Assembly (NCBI GenBank): GCA_048941265.1
Contig: JBHLNT010000041.1
Location: 1-28,027, forward strand
From: Promethearchaeota archaeon
Lineage (GTDB): Archaea > Asgardarchaeota > Lokiarchaeia > Sigyniarchaeales > SOKP01
DNA: 28,027 nucleotides
Reading direction: 5' to 3'
Shown: positions 26,692 to 28,027 of the stretch, piece by piece
How the letters are laid out: the number at the start of each line of letters is the position of its first letter
Numbering within the stretch: position 1 is the stretch's first letter
The notes under the pieces: model-generated
What the model saw: only the letters and a program-made list of their open reading frames with translations
The model's database searches: none
Told to the model about the DNA's origin: nothing
Made by a program: the position numbers and the translations under genes

Positions 26692-26707
26692 TTAAAAATT
26701 TTAAATA
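26692..26707 (+). promoter_or_regulatory. BRE/TATA-like element TTAAAAATTTTAAATA upstream of the 7TM gene
   Basis: Near-identical (one A shorter) to the elements at 13050 and 14383. Confidence 0.4.
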
Positions 26708-26770
26708 CAATCCTTTTGTCTTTTATTATATCAATAAATTAAAAAAAGTATATTAATTAATAGAAAAATA

Positions 26771-27496
26771 ATGGTTGAACTCACACCGATTTTTATGGCA
26801 ACTGGCATCCTATCTGTTATTTGGGTTGGATTTGGGACGCTAATTGGAATCTTGTTTTTAAAAAAATATTTTACCTATAATTATCGTCCAATGCTTTTGT
26901 GGGGATTATGTTGGATTAATTTAATGAAATTTTGGTGGCCTTACGCGATTAATTTTTTATTAATTCTCACGACAGGAGAAATACTTTCTTTAAAAATAAC
27001 TATTTTGATTGCGGAAACTACTACACCAATACATTTTATTCTTTGGATGGCTGCCTGGGCGGATATTATGTATGAACATCATTTCAAATCGATTATATCA
27101 ATTCTTATAATCTATGGAATAATTAGTCAGATAATTTTTTGGTCATTATTTTTTACAGATTTAGGATTAATTCTTAAATTAAATAGTCCATTTGATTATA
27201 CTTTCGTGGGAATTATTCAAATTCTCATGTTTGGTGAAACTATTGTGTTTTTAATAAGCGCTATTTTTTTGTATCTTAGGGGACACATATCATTAGATCC
27301 AAAAATTAGAATTAAAAGTATGTTATTTTTAATTCATGCGTTAACTTTCTTTAGTGGAGTTATGTTAGACATAGGTTTTTCTAATTTTATTACTATTATG
27401 ATATCTAGAATTGTAATGATGTTCGCTCCATTATGCCTGTATATCTCACAAACTTACCCCGAAAAGATGGAAAGATTTCTACTAAATAAAAAATGA
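26771..27496 (+). CDS. Hypothetical 7-TM membrane protein
   Basis: Seven hydrophobic segments with short loops, and no Schiff-base Lys in TM7. Confidence 0.8.
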   Translation: MVELTPIFMATGILSVIWVGFGTLIGILFLKKYFTYNYRPMLLWGLCWINLMKFWWPYAINFLLILTTGEILSLKITILIAETTTPIHFILWMAAWADIMYEHHFKSIISILIIYGIISQIIFWSLFFTDLGLILKLNSPFDYTFVGIIQILMFGETIVFLISAIFLYLRGHISLDPKIRIKSMLFLIHALTFFSGVMLDIGFSNFITIMISRIVMMFAPLCLYISQTYPEKMERFLLNKK

Positions 27497-27655
27497 ATAG
27501 AAGAATTCTTATTTGATTATTATTTTATAACAAAAATAGGCTATGGGATCAAATTTTAACTTAAGGAGGGGCATTTTAAATAATCTAAATTACAAAAAGT
27601 AATAAAAAAAAAGTTTTAGATGTAAAAAAAAAATAATTTTAATTTGAATTTTATA

Positions 27656-28027
27656 TTAAAGGTAGATACCCAAATCTTTGAGCTTCTTTACCAATGCCAT
27701 TTTCTCCGCTCCTTCAAGCGTATAGAATTTTCCAAAGATTAATCCCATTATAATCATCATTATTCCCGGAATCAATGCTGTATGAACCCGTACACCCATT
27801 TGAGATGTAGTAGATTGTAAGGCATGGGGATTAGGATTATACGCAGTAATTATATGAACTGATGCAATCACCACCGCTATGACGAGAAATGCAATCCGGA
27901 AGAAAAAGGTTCGAAATCCCACAAGAGTCGCATCGCATCGCTTTTCCATCTTGGACGAAACTTCATCATAAGTATCCGAAGCAACAGGCATTAACATTGT
28001 AACCTCACCAATATAGAATATATTGTA
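27656..28027 (-). CDS. MFS glycoside-pentoside-hexuronide (GPH/MelB-like) symporter, C-terminal part (5' end outside window)
   Basis: Frame is open to the window edge. 'ASDTYDE...KRCDATLVGFRTFF', 'TAYNP...Q...GVR...ALIP', 'YTL' is the typical GPH C-terminal pattern. Confidence 0.85.
   Translation of the reverse strand, partial: YNIFYIGEVTMLMPVASDTYDEVSSKMEKRCDATLVGFRTFFFRIAFLVIAVVIASVHIITAYNPNPHALQSTTSQMGVRVHTALIPGIMMIIMGLIFGKFYTLEGAEKMALVKKLKDLGIYL

Noticed and set aside
26771-27496. Rhodopsin (helio-, schizo- or type-1)
   Set aside because: No Schiff-base Lys in TM7 (SRIVMMFAP) and no RYxxW motif in TM3.
27562-27571. Strong SD-like TAAGGAGG
   Set aside because: No start codon or ORF follows it, and it sits between convergent genes.
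1-28027. CRISPR array, tRNA/rRNA, IS elements
   Set aside because: By eye I found no regularly spaced direct repeats, no GC-rich structured non-coding segment and no transposase or integrase ORF. tRNAscan/Infernal would confirm.

Overview
AT-rich, gene-dense prokaryotic window with about 26 CDS. I saw no tRNA, rRNA, CRISPR array or transposase. Archaeal-type signals (BRE/TATA-like AAAAATTTTAAATA boxes, GGTGA/GTGAT ribosome-binding motifs, oligo-T terminators) and the gene mix suggest an Asgard archaeon such as Lokiarchaeia; this is inference, not proven. The mix includes many acyl-CoA enzymes, a DUF123 GIY-YIG protein, zinc-ribbon membrane proteins, an orphan 7TM protein and a GPH transporter. 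In order, the window holds: an ECF transporter T subunit plus fused double ATPase; an orphan with an Ala/Gly-rich hydrophobic tail; acyl-CoA catabolism genes (MFE2-like SDR, two tandem ACADs, a MenB/BadI-type crotonase and a 3-hydroxyacyl-CoA dehydrogenase); a possible PC4-fold protein; tandem paralogous polytopic membrane proteins; DUF72; an orphan beta-class DNA methyltransferase; and a sugar/glycolipid region (PfkB kinase, GH5 endoglycoceramidase-like enzyme, FucI-like isomerase, C-N hydrolase, wHTH regulator, 7TM protein, GPH symporter). The strongest oddities are: (1) the ECF ATPase coding sequence begins in frame right after the ecfT TGA with no canonical start codon; (2) a MenB/BadI hybrid crotonase sits in a beta-oxidation context; (3) a candidate PC4/Sub1-like protein; and (4) a family of zinc-ribbon/2TM membrane proteins, one with a Gly/Cys-rich juxtamembrane motif.
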